A stretch of DNA of 64,000 nt, from the NCBI GenBank assembly GCA_004431415.1, contig QPMI01000649.1:1-64000 (forward strand), given 5' to 3'. A program made the position numbers and the translations under genes. Under the pieces are notes generated by a model. The model ran no database searches. It saw only the letters and a list, made by a program, of their open reading frames with translations, and was not told where the DNA came from. This stretch comes from Cyanophora paradoxa CCMP329. Its lineage: Eukaryota; Plantae; Glaucophyta. Positions 11,722 to 21,800 of this stretch are shown one piece after another (the first letter of the stretch is position 1; each line of letters starts with the position of its first letter).

Positions 11722-12120
11722 ATGGAGACTAAATACAGAGGCTTTCATGTTATGCTTGATTACAAAGCTAAATCAGCTATTGCAACAGGACATGAGCATG
11801 TTAGCTTCCTAGGTAATTGGATTATGGGAACCCTTGAACAAGCTATATTGAGACAAGGTATTAGGATTGTTCATAAACACTGTGAAATATTTGATGGCAA
11901 AGTATCACCTCCTGGTTTTGCATTGGTTCTGCTATTAGATGAAAGCCATTGTACAGCTCATTGTTATTCCAATGAAGGCATGTTAGCAATTGATATATTC
12001 AGTTGTGGTAAAGAAGCTCAGCATAAAACACAAGCAGTTGCAGATGAGATCGATAAAACAATGAATTTCCTCACATTTGAGAAGACTGAGAGACATAAAC
12101 ATGATAGATTCCCGTTTTGA
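11722..12120 (+). CDS. speD: Pyruvoyl-dependent S-adenosylmethionine decarboxylase family proenzyme (bacterial short form)
   Basis: GxHxxxD N-terminus, PPGF...LLLDESHCTAHCY (ESH self-cleavage site) and AIDIFSCG in a 132-aa protein. Confidence 0.85.
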   Translation: METKYRGFHVMLDYKAKSAIATGHEHVSFLGNWIMGTLEQAILRQGIRIVHKHCEIFDGKVSPPGFALVLLLDESHCTAHCYSNEGMLAIDIFSCGKEAQHKTQAVADEIDKTMNFLTFEKTERHKHDRFPF

Positions 12121-12354
12121 TGGGTTTCTATAATGAATTTCTAAAGGATTCCTTTGTTTTCTAACAATAACATTGATAAGCTACTGTAACAAAAAGATAT
12201 AATATATCCTTTCACTACAGTAGATTTATACAATGATTATTTTCCGGATTCCGGACATTTTTTACGATAGAATTCTATTGTAAGTAATTGGAATAATGTT
12301 CGATTTCATTACAGTAAAACTCAACACTCCCCAAGATTCCCCCTATTACCCTAT

Positions 12355-12800
12355 TATTAAAGTGGACTCAAGGTTGACTCATATTAATCGTAAAAGTAGT
12401 AAAAGTATATGGATTTTGTTACGAATTCAATGCAAGGGTTGACTAAGTGGGTTGAGTTGACTCAAATTTCACAGGAAATATTTGGGACCAAAAGTTTTCT
12501 AAAAAGGATTTCAAAAAATGTGTCAACTCCCCCCACTTAGTCAACCCTGACCATAAACAGTAAGGATTTGAGCTAACATGTATCACAAAGTGAACATATT
12601 GAGTCCACTTAGAAGATCCACTTTTGAAATCCAAGTTGATTTTGCTTGAAATTTCAAAGTTGATCTAAAAGTGAGTCCACCCTGATTGATTATGGTAACA
12701 AAGTTGACTAAGTTGACTAAGTTGAGTCATATTAAGAAATTCAAGGAGACTAAGAGTTCAAAATGTTTATGAAAAGTGAGTCAACTTAGACCACTTATGA
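12355..12800. repeat. Array of GT(T/G)GACT(C/A)A motifs in both orientations
   Basis: About a dozen copies, e.g. agtggactcaaggttgactca, gttgactaagttgactaagttgagtca and gtgagtcaacttag. Confidence 0.75.
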
Positions 12801-12848
12801 TAACAAAGTTAAATATTTATTTGATTTAATCGGAAAAGAACATGATTT

Positions 12849-13072
12849 AATCGAATTTATTGATATAATTCCGATTAGATTCATTTAGGATTCAATTAAG
12901 ATCAATCGAAGTTATTGATATAATTCCGATTAACTACAATTAAGATACAATATCGATTAATCGAGTTTATCGAGATAACATCGATTAAATTAATTGAAAA
13001 TGCATGTAAAAATATGAAAATTCATGTGAAAATTCAAATAAATTAATCGATTTTATTGATATAACATCGAAT
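12849..13072. repeat. Four 28-bp dyad-symmetric subterminal repeats
   Basis: AATCGAnnTTA-TyGAkA-TAAnnnCGAwT starting at 12849, 12904, 12959 and 13045. Confidence 0.85.
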
Positions 13073-13147
13073 CACACATATGAATATTCATATTTTAATC
13101 CTGAGGCGGAACGCCGAGGGATTAAAATATGAATATTCATATGTGTG
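13073..13147. repeat. Terminal hairpin: perfect 29-bp inverted repeat around a 17-nt partly paired apex
   Basis: CACACATATGAATATTCATATTTTAATCC (13073-13101) and GGATTAAAATATGAATATTCATATGTGTG (13119-13147). Confidence 0.95.
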
Positions 13148-14552
13148 GCCGCGAGCTCAGCCTCGAGCGCCTCCTCTCCTCTGGCTCCGCCTCCTTCATC
13201 ATCGACAAGGTAAAATTCTAGAATATCTAATTAATATTCATCCAGAGACTCGAGATCGCGTCTCACGCCGCGAGTGCGCAGGTGTGGGATGCCACGCGGC
13301 GGCTGAGCCCGGTTGCTAGGCTGGCCGAGGACGGGCCCCACTCCCCCGAGCTGCGGGCGGCCTCGCCGCCGGCTGCGGCGCCGGCGCCGGCCAGGCTCTC
13401 GGCGTTCGCCTTCCTGCGCACCGTGGCGAGGGCGAAGCGGAGCGCCAGCCCCGGGCCGGCGCTCAACGCGGCGCCCAAGGCCGGCGAGGCGGCGGGCGAG
13501 GCCGAGGCGGCGGGCGCCTGGATCGACTTCCCCGCGTACGAGGCCTTCCACCACGCCCTCCACCGCTCCATCTCCAGCCCCGCCTTCCCCTGGAACCTCC
13601 AGGTAATTGCATAATTAACTAAAGAGCATGCCAAATTTATGCGACCCAGGCCTCGGCTTAATTTTGTGCCGGCAGGAGGCGGGGCGGCTGGCGCAGGCGA
13701 ACTGGGGCGTCGACTCGCGCGGCTCGGAGCGGATGTCGCGGCAGGCCTTCGACACCGCCATGCACAACATCGCCAAGGTGCCCCCGGCTTCTGTGCTATA
13801 AATAAACGTGGAGCGCGGCTAACGCGGCCCGGGTGCGGTGCGGCAGGCGTGGGCGGCGGACGTGGAGCGGCGGGACGTGGCAGTGGGGGTGCTCCTGCTG
13901 GCCGCCGACGCGGGGCTCCCCGCCTCCGCCCCCGCGCCCCTCGAGATCCTCTTCCTCGCCAGCTTCGCCGCGGTGCGACAGCGAGCGACCGGTTTTCATT
14001 TCATTTGGCGATGGACGCTCGATCGCTGACGCTGCGCCGACGCAGACGGTCGTGGCGGCGGGCGAGGCGGACTCGATCGCGATCGCTAAGCCGAAGGCGG
14101 GGCCCGAGCTGCAGCTCGGCCCGGCGCTCGCGCAGCTCAGCGGCCTGCGACGGCCCTCCGCATCCCCCTCCTCCTCCCCGTCCCCCTCGCCCCGCGGCCG
14201 GCCGGGGGCGCTGCTGCGGCCCTGGTTCGAGGTCGGGCTCGGGTGCTGCCAGCCGCGCGGCGTCATGAAGCTCCTCGAGGCGCACATCGCCAGCCGCCGC
14301 CCCCCCGGGGCCGCCGCCGGCCCCAAGGCGACCCGCCCCGCCCCCGTCCACTCGTGCCCGGAGCTTACCTCCGGCGCCCGCTCGGCCAGCGCGCCGGCCG
14401 GGGCCAGCTGCAGCCCGAAGGCGGAGGGCAGGGAGGCGGCGCTGGGGCTGTGCGGGACGGCGGCGCTGATGCGGCGCGCCCTCCACAACCGAATGGCCAC
14501 CCTCCTCGAGCAGCGCCGCTGCTCCTCCGGCTCCTCCCCGCTCGACTACTAG
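13147..14552 (+). pseudogene. Host gene of unknown function, 5'-truncated or interrupted by the viral element
   Basis: Near-identical exons to 16955-18320, but it starts mid-exon (GGCCGCGAGCTCAGCCTCGAG) directly after the hairpin. Confidence 0.85.
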
Positions 14553-16531
14553 TATTTCGACTAGTTCGAAGTTCGCACCCCAGCGAACTGTAATTGCTCA
14601 AGCTTGATTCAGTGTTCGCGCGCGCAGCAACAGTTACAGACACAGACCTAGAATTATCGTAGGTAGATTAATTATAAGAGCACGATGTTCAACAGTGCTA
14701 GCTAGTTTCAGGCATGTCCCATGCTGATACAGGACGCAGGGTCAGCCGGTTTCCAATTTGTTTCTCAGGACTGGATGTAGTCATGAGCAGTGCAATCGCT
14801 TTTTCCTCGTTTTCTCTCGACATGTCCATCGTACATAGGTTTCAGATCATTGTCACTGTAATATTGAACTTCGGAAAGCACCAATAAGGGGGAGCTCGAG
14901 TAAAATCGTAACTAGAAGGTAAGCCAAGCTAAAGCTTTGAGCTCGAGCTTATTTATATATAATCTTCTAAATTCGAACCGGCGTCGACGTCGGCGAACGC
15001 GAATGCGATATCGAAAACTTCCTCGGCCTCGAGATTCAATGATTCCAGCCGCGCCCCGCGGGCTGCAAGTGGCGCGGCGCCAGCGGAGTCCACTCACGCT
15101 CACGATCAGGTATATATATTTATACGTATACGTATATATCGATCGCGATCGGGTCGCTCGCATGCAGTGCATATGAGCCTCGCCGAGTCGAGCTCGCGTC
15201 GCAAGCTACTAGGCTACTAGTACCGTAGTACGCGATTGCAATATTTTAATTGCTGGTTGCAAAATTGAACACGGAGTTCGACGGTCACTGGCACTCGCCG
15301 AGTCGGCGCCGGCCGGCGCCGGCTAATTTTAAATGATCCTACTAGTACATATGACTCTGATATGAGCCTATTGCCGGCGCCATGGCCAATTGCAACTTGC
15401 CGCAGTGCGGCAAGTTCAACGGTTGAAGAGCTGTTAACTTAGTAATGTTATATATACGCAGCCTAACGTTAACGTATCATAGTACTAGTAGTATAACGTA
15501 GGTGCCGGCGTCGTGCCGCCGCTGCCGCGGTGCCACCGTTGCCACGGCGGCAAAGCTTCGAATTCAACCGTGCACCATGGCACGCGTACGTGCTTGCAAA
15601 TTGCAATTGTCGATAATGTCAACTTGGCCAAGTTGGCAACTTTAATTTGTCAAGTTATCAAGTTGGGTTGGCAATGTCAACTCATTGTCGATGGCCTTCG
15701 CGGTTCGTCACTGGTCAGCACAGGCCGAAAAACTTTGAAGCTTGCACCGGAGTGGTCGGCGCCTGTCACTGGGGGCGGCGGCCGCGGGGCCGCAACAGTC
15801 AACAAACTTACTCCGAACTCGGGAACTTGAACCGGTTTTTCGGCAATCAAATTTCAACTTGGCAAGTTATATAATTAACCGGCGAAACGTTTGTTCTGTT
15901 AGGCCGACTCTCGGCGAACGTTAACCGTTTTGAACGCTCAGCGGCCGGGCTTACGTACCGTATATAACGGTATATTATCGATACTATGATATCGTAGTCA
16001 GATTCGTAGAGCCTGCAGCCTGGAGATCGGGGTCTATGACCGTCTATCACCGTCTAGGCAGAGTCATTGCAGACTATGCCGCAGTGCGCTAGCGGCCGCC
16101 GGGCTAGCCTAGCCTAGTAGTACTACGGTATACGTAGCGCCTTGCAATTGTGCGGTGTTGTGCCTCCGTAGTAGAGTCCGTACGCGTGCGGTCTCTCGAG
16201 CCGGCGCCTCCATCTACTATAGTATAGCTGTAGCTCAGCGCTAGCTAGCAGGTCCGACGTCGACGGTCGGCGATCATCGGATCGCAATCCCGTCGACATC
16301 CGCCTCGATGGCCAGCACGGCGTCGAAGTCGACCAGCAGGCGCGTCGAGCTGCCCCGTATCGACACGGCCTTTGCGAGGGTCGCATCCACGTCGGCGTCG
16401 CCGTTCCCGGTGCGCTCGGCGCGGCGCCCGCGGCCGCTCACGTCGCACTGCCCGCCGCTCACAGCTCACCGGACCGCGCGTGCGCGTCTGTACATGTGCA
16501 GATGCCCCGCCCCCCGAGCTCGAGCGCGGCG

Positions 16532-18343
16532 ATGCAGATGAGCATAACGCGGCCGCCCTCTCCCCTCGAATCGGACGGCGCCGATGTCCTCTCCGGCGAC
16601 AGCGAGAGCGATGAGATGGATGACGCGTGCTCCGTCCTGAGCGACGACCGGACGGCCCCGCGCAGGCGGCGGTTGCGGACCCTGGCCCCCGACCGCGGGC
16701 CGCGCCTCAGCGCCCGCAGCGACCCGACCAGCTCCTCCCCCGCCTTCGCCTTCCCCCGGCGGCCGACGGCGACCGCCGACGAGCTCTCCTCCTGCAGGGG
16801 CGCCGAGGCCGCGCTGGCGCACTCCCTCTCCCGGCCCCGCTCCTGCCCCGACGTCAGCCTCGCCGGCCCCGAGGCCGCTCCCGCCCGCCCGCCAGTCGCG
16901 AGCTGCAGCGCCGACGTCGACTGTGCCCAGCCGCCCACCGCCGAGCCGGACGCCGGCCGCGAGCTCAGCCTCGAGCGCCTCCTCTCCTCTGGCTCCGCCT
17001 CCTTCATCATCGACAAGGTAAAATTATTCAATAAATTAAAAATCAATCCAAGCTTCACTCGAGATCGGCGTCTCACGCCGCGAGTGCGCAGGTGTGGGAT
17101 GCCACGCGGCGGCTGAGCTCGGGCGCCAGGCTGGCCGAGGACGGGCCCCACTTCCCCGAGCTGCGGGCGGCCTCGCCGCCGGCTGCGGCGCCGGCCAGGC
17201 TCTCGGCGTTCGCCTTCCTGCGCACCGTGGCGAGGGCGAAGCGGAGCGCCAGCCCCGGGCCGGCGCTCGACGCGGCGTCGAAGGCCGGCGAGGCGGCGGG
17301 CGAGGCCGAGGCGGCGGGCGCCTGGATCGACTTCCCCGCGTACGAGGCCTTCCACCACGCCCTCCACCGCTCCATCTCCAGCCCCGCCTTCCCCTGGAAC
17401 CTCCAGGTGATTAATATCACACAAATCACGGCCGATTTCCCCATCCAGAGCCCAGGCCTGACCTGTGCCGGCAGGAGGCGGGCCGGCTGGCGCAGGCGAA
17501 CTGGGGCATCGACTCGCGCGGCTCGGAGCGGATGTCGCGGCAGGCCTTCGACACCGCCATGCACAACATCGCCAAGGTGCCCCCGGCTTGTGTAGGAAAC
17601 GCTGCGCGTAGATAATTATATAACGTGGCCCGGGTGCGGTGCGGCAGGCGTGGGCGGCGGACGTGGAGCGGCGGGACGTGGCGGTGGGGATGCGCCTGCT
17701 GGCCGCCGACGCGGGGCTCCCCGCCTCCGCCCCCGCGCCCCTCGAGATCCTCTTCCTCGCCAGCTTCGCCGCGGTGCGACAGCGAGCGACCGGTTTTCAT
17801 TTCATTTGGCGATGGACGCTCGATCGCTGACGCTGCGCCGACGCAGACGGTCGTGGCGGCGGGCGAGGCGGACTCGATCGCGATCGCTAAGCCGAAGGCG
17901 GGGCCCGAGCTGCAGCTCGGCCCGGCGCTCGCGCAGCTCAGCGGCCTGCGACGGCCCTCCGCATCCCCCTCCTCCTCCCCGTCCCCCTCGCCCCGCGGCC
18001 GGCCGGGGGCGCTGCTGCGGCCCTGGTTCGAGGTCGGGCTCGGGTGCTGCCAGCCGCGCGGCGTCATGAAGCTCCTCGAGGCGCACATCGCCAGCCGCCG
18101 CCCCCCGGGGCCGCCGCCGGCCCCAAGGCGACCCGCCCCGCCCCCGTCCACTCGTGCCCGGAGCTTACCTCCGGCGCCCGCTCGGCCAGCGCGCCGGCCG
18201 GGGCCAGCTGCAGCCCGAAGGCGGAGGGCAGGGAGGCGGCGCTGGGGCTGTGCGGGACGGCGGCGCTGATGCGGCGCGCCCTCCACAACCGAATGGCCAC
18301 CCTCCTCGAGCAGCGCCGCTTCTCCTCCGCACTGGAGTACTAG
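16532..18343 (+). CDS. Host hypothetical protein, multi-exon, full-length paralogue of 13147-14552
   Basis: GT-AG introns join SFIIDK/VWDATR...FPWNLQ/EAGRLAQANWGIDSRG...NIAK/AWAAD. The start could be 16502. There is one probable C-run indel near 18105. Confidence 0.7.
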
Positions 18344-18879
18344 CGATAGTATTTTATTTCATCTAAGACGTTCGCACGTGGACCCCGCGGGCCGGCCCAG
18401 CAGTTTCGCTGGCCAGCGCTTGCAATAATTATAATTATAAGCAATAAGCAGGCTAGCGCTATAGCTAGGAGCGCGCGAGCCCAATTGCAAGCTCGCGATC
18501 GTGTTAACGTTTGAGGGAGGCCGGCCGCCGTCGGCGTCGGCCCGGAGGCTCGAGCTCGGGGCATGCATGTGCGTCTCGCGATCGGCATGATGCATGTGTA
18601 GAAAAAATGCGCTTATGCATGTGCGTCAAGGTCGATCACTCGAGCTCGTGATCGGAAGGCGCAATTGCAAATGGGCGGGGCGCGCAGAATCCAGCGCTGA
18701 TCACGAGTCACGACCCACGAGTTCGGCCGCCTGTTTTATTCATGTTCACGGCTTTTTCGATTCATGTGCAGAAAAAGCGTTTGCGGGGGGAAGTTACTAC
18801 GGGTACACGTGTAGAACTCGCTCCACCGGTACCAGCGCTCCACCAGACATCGTGTAGAACTCGCTCCTCGTGCTCCAAC

Positions 18880-21800
18880 ATGCAGCGATCCACCAGCGGC
18901 AACGAGCCGCTGGCCCACACAGGAAGCCTCATGAAGGCGAGCTCGGGCCCGCACGCGTTTGGAGCCGCGGACGGCGGTCTCCCGATCGAGTTGTGGGAGA
19001 AGATTGTGTCCTATCTCGATTCCGCCGACGCCGTCGTTGTCTCCGCCGTCTGCACGTACTTCAGAGGCGTCGTCCTCCGCGACGCCCCTCCCTTCGTCGG
19101 CGGCGGCATGCTGGCCGCCGAGTTGGACGCATACGCCACGGATGCGTGCTCTAAGGTGCGCCCGAGCCGACCCGGGCTCATATGGAGCGCTGAGCATCCG
19201 GCACCTCGGTGTCTCCCAGATCCTGTGCGTCACGGGCGACTCGGGTTGCGGCAAGAGCTGTGCGCACTCGCCTTCGTGCGCCCCTAGGTATCCTGCCGCC
19301 GCCCGACGCCGCCCGCGCATGCGCAGCGCTGCTCGCGCACTGGGCGGGCCGCTGGCGCGCCCGCGGGCCGGCAGACGCCGTCGTCGTCCACCTGAGCGGG
19401 GGCGCCACAGAGACGGCGCAAGCCTCCAGCCTCGTCCGGTGCCGCGGACGCAGCACCGCTCGTCCCCTCTCTCCCGCGCTCATCGGCCCGCGTACCGGTA
19501 CCGCAGCCGGGCCTACGGAGCGCTGCGAACCGCCCTGCCGTGGTCCCCGGAGCTGGAGATCAAAGGGGGGGACCCCCGCGCGCACCTCTGCCAGTTCGCC
19601 GTGCGACCCGAGTACCCCCTCCACGCTTCTTCCCCTCTCCCGAATCCCGACCCGCATTCGGCGCAGGCGTGGCTTGGGCGGGTACGCTCGGGCCTGGACG
19701 AGAAGGGAGAGGGGGCGATGAAGGTTGTCCTGGTCCTCGATGCCCTCGACCAGGTACCACCAAAGCCCGTCACAGGTTCCCCGTACCCCATTGGCTACTA
19801 CCCGCCCGCAGCTCGCCCTGGAGACGTCGACGGGAGGGGCGGCCCCGCTGATGATCATACCCCCCGGGGGCGCCTCCGCCAAGCTCCGCATCATCATCTC
19901 GTCTGATAAGGGTGCGTACCCCGCCTGCTTTCCGCCCCAGACCGCCCCCCCCCCCCCCCCCCGCCCCCCACCCCTCCTATGGCCCTTCGCTCGCTCACAA
20001 TTACCTCCTATTCCCCCGTAACCCCCCCCCCCCCCCAACAGGCCCGACGTTGGACGCGGCCATGCAGCTCCAGAGCGGCGCTAGGCGAGCTTTACCCTCC
20101 TTCCCCTCTGCCCCCCCCCGGCCCGATCGTGTACCCACCTCAGGCTTCTGCCCGTCTTGGGCCTCTCCAAATCGGAGCGCCGCGCGATCGTCCGCCACCA
20201 ACTTCCGGTACTCCCCCCCCCCAACTCGCGAAACGTGTACCCCTGCCAGCCGCCTCCGACGGCACCCCGCCAGGAGGCGGGCGACGCCCTCGCGTCCGCG
20301 ATCGCCGGCCTCGAACAGGTGCTTTTGTACCCCCCCCTCCCCCTCCACCTGCCCCCCTGCCCAATGCAGCCGGTAACCCCCCCCAGAGCGGGAACGCGCT
20401 GTGGCTGAGCGTCCTACTCGCCTACCTCCGCTCGGGCCCCGGCGCCCCCGACGAGTCCACCGTACCCCCTCCCCTCCCCCCGGCCCCGCACCCCCCTCCG
20501 GCCCGCCCGCCCACGCCCGCCCCCGCAGCTGGCGGCCGCGGCGGGGCGCGGGAGCGCCGAGTCTCTGTACGGGCTCTTGATGGAGCGCTGGGGGGCGACT
20601 TTCGGGGCCGGTGCGCCCCTCCTCCTCCTCCTCCTCCTCCTCCTCCTCCTCCTCGTCCTCGCCTTGAAGCCTCGGGGTACTGTATTCGAGCGAGGCTCAC
20701 CCGGCGCCGGCGGGCAGGCGCCGTTCGGGCGGCCCTCTCGGCGCTCGTCCTGAGCCGGCAGGTCCGCCGCGCCGCGCCGCGCCTGCTGCTCTACCCGCCC
20801 CCCTCCCCCCCCTCCCCCCTCCGCCTCCACCTGTACCCCCCCAGGGCATGTCGGAGGAGGAGCTCGCGTCGTTCCTCTCCGGCGAGGCGCCCGCGCCGGC
20901 CCTCGCTTCGCTCCTCCGGTCCGCCCGGCCCCGCCGAGCCCACTGAACTCAGATGTCATATGAGCCCCCGGCTGGGCCGTGCCCCGCGGCAGCGCGGGGG
21001 TCGCGGCAGGGGCGCTGGCCGACCGCGGCGGACTCGTCGCCCTCCGCCACACCGCCGCGCGCCTCGTGCGGGCGCTTTGAATTCGATCCGCGGCCGCGCT
21101 TCGCTCTCTCTCTCTCTTCTTCTCGCCTCTCGGAGGGTACGTTTAATTTGGTTTTGCAGGCCGCGACGGCGCACTGCGGCCTGCGGAGCGAGGCGGCGCG
21201 CAGGGTGCGCGGCGAGGCCCCTGAGGCTCCCTCGAATCTGGCTTGGCCTTACAGAGCGCTCATCAGGCCCGGTGCGCCGCGCTGGGGCGGTGGTGGGCCG
21301 CCCAGCCGCCCTCCGAGCGCCGCGCCCGCGAGGGGCCCCACGCCTTCGAGCGGGTCGGCGTACCCCCCTCCCCCTCACCCCCCCGCCTCTTCGACTTCCG
21401 TAACACGTACCCCTGCCGCAGGCGGGCGACTACGACGGGCTGGTCACCCTCCTCTGTGCGCCCGGCCGGCTTGAAGCTTAGCTTGATCGAGCTCAAGCCG
21501 CCCGGGGCGCCCGCCCCGCCCCCCCCTGAGGCCGCGCCTCTCCGCAGGGGACCTCGACGTGCTGCTGCGGCTGCGCTCGCCGGAGACGAACGACGCCGAG
21601 CTCCTCCGCCTCTGGGTCGCCTCCGGCCGCCAGGCCCGCCCCGCCCACGAGACCGGCCTGACCTCTTCCCCCCCCTCTGAGCTCGAGAGCGCGGCGGCAG
21701 GCGTCGGCGGCGGAGGGGTACGCGCGCGCGGTGGAGCGCGAGGAGGCGGCGGGGCGCGGCGGGCCGGCGCGCGTCGCCCGCGCCCTCCGCGACGCTGGCG

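Larger units (their letters stand above)
1..13146. mobile_element. Endogenous dsDNA viral element (Polinton-like/virophage/small NCLDV-like), right end; left part lies outside the window
   Basis: Sharp AT-rich to GC-rich switch at 13146/13147. Intronless, tightly packed ORFs with penton-like, S74-fibre, patatin and DUF723-like products, plus a terminal repeat region and hairpin. No major capsid, ATPase, polymerase or integrase gene is visible in the window. Confidence 0.88.

Noticed and set aside
12849-13072. CRISPR-like array (28-29-bp repeats with 26-bp spacers)
   Set aside because: The repeats are degenerate, the spacers resemble each other (CAATTAAGAT), there are no cas genes and the context is a eukaryotic virus.
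1-13146. Bacterial prophage or contaminant, suggested by the S74 fibre and SpeD
   Set aside because: Penton-like genes, the lack of obvious Shine-Dalgarno leaders and a precise hairpin junction into a host exon favour a eukaryotic virus. Read support is still needed.
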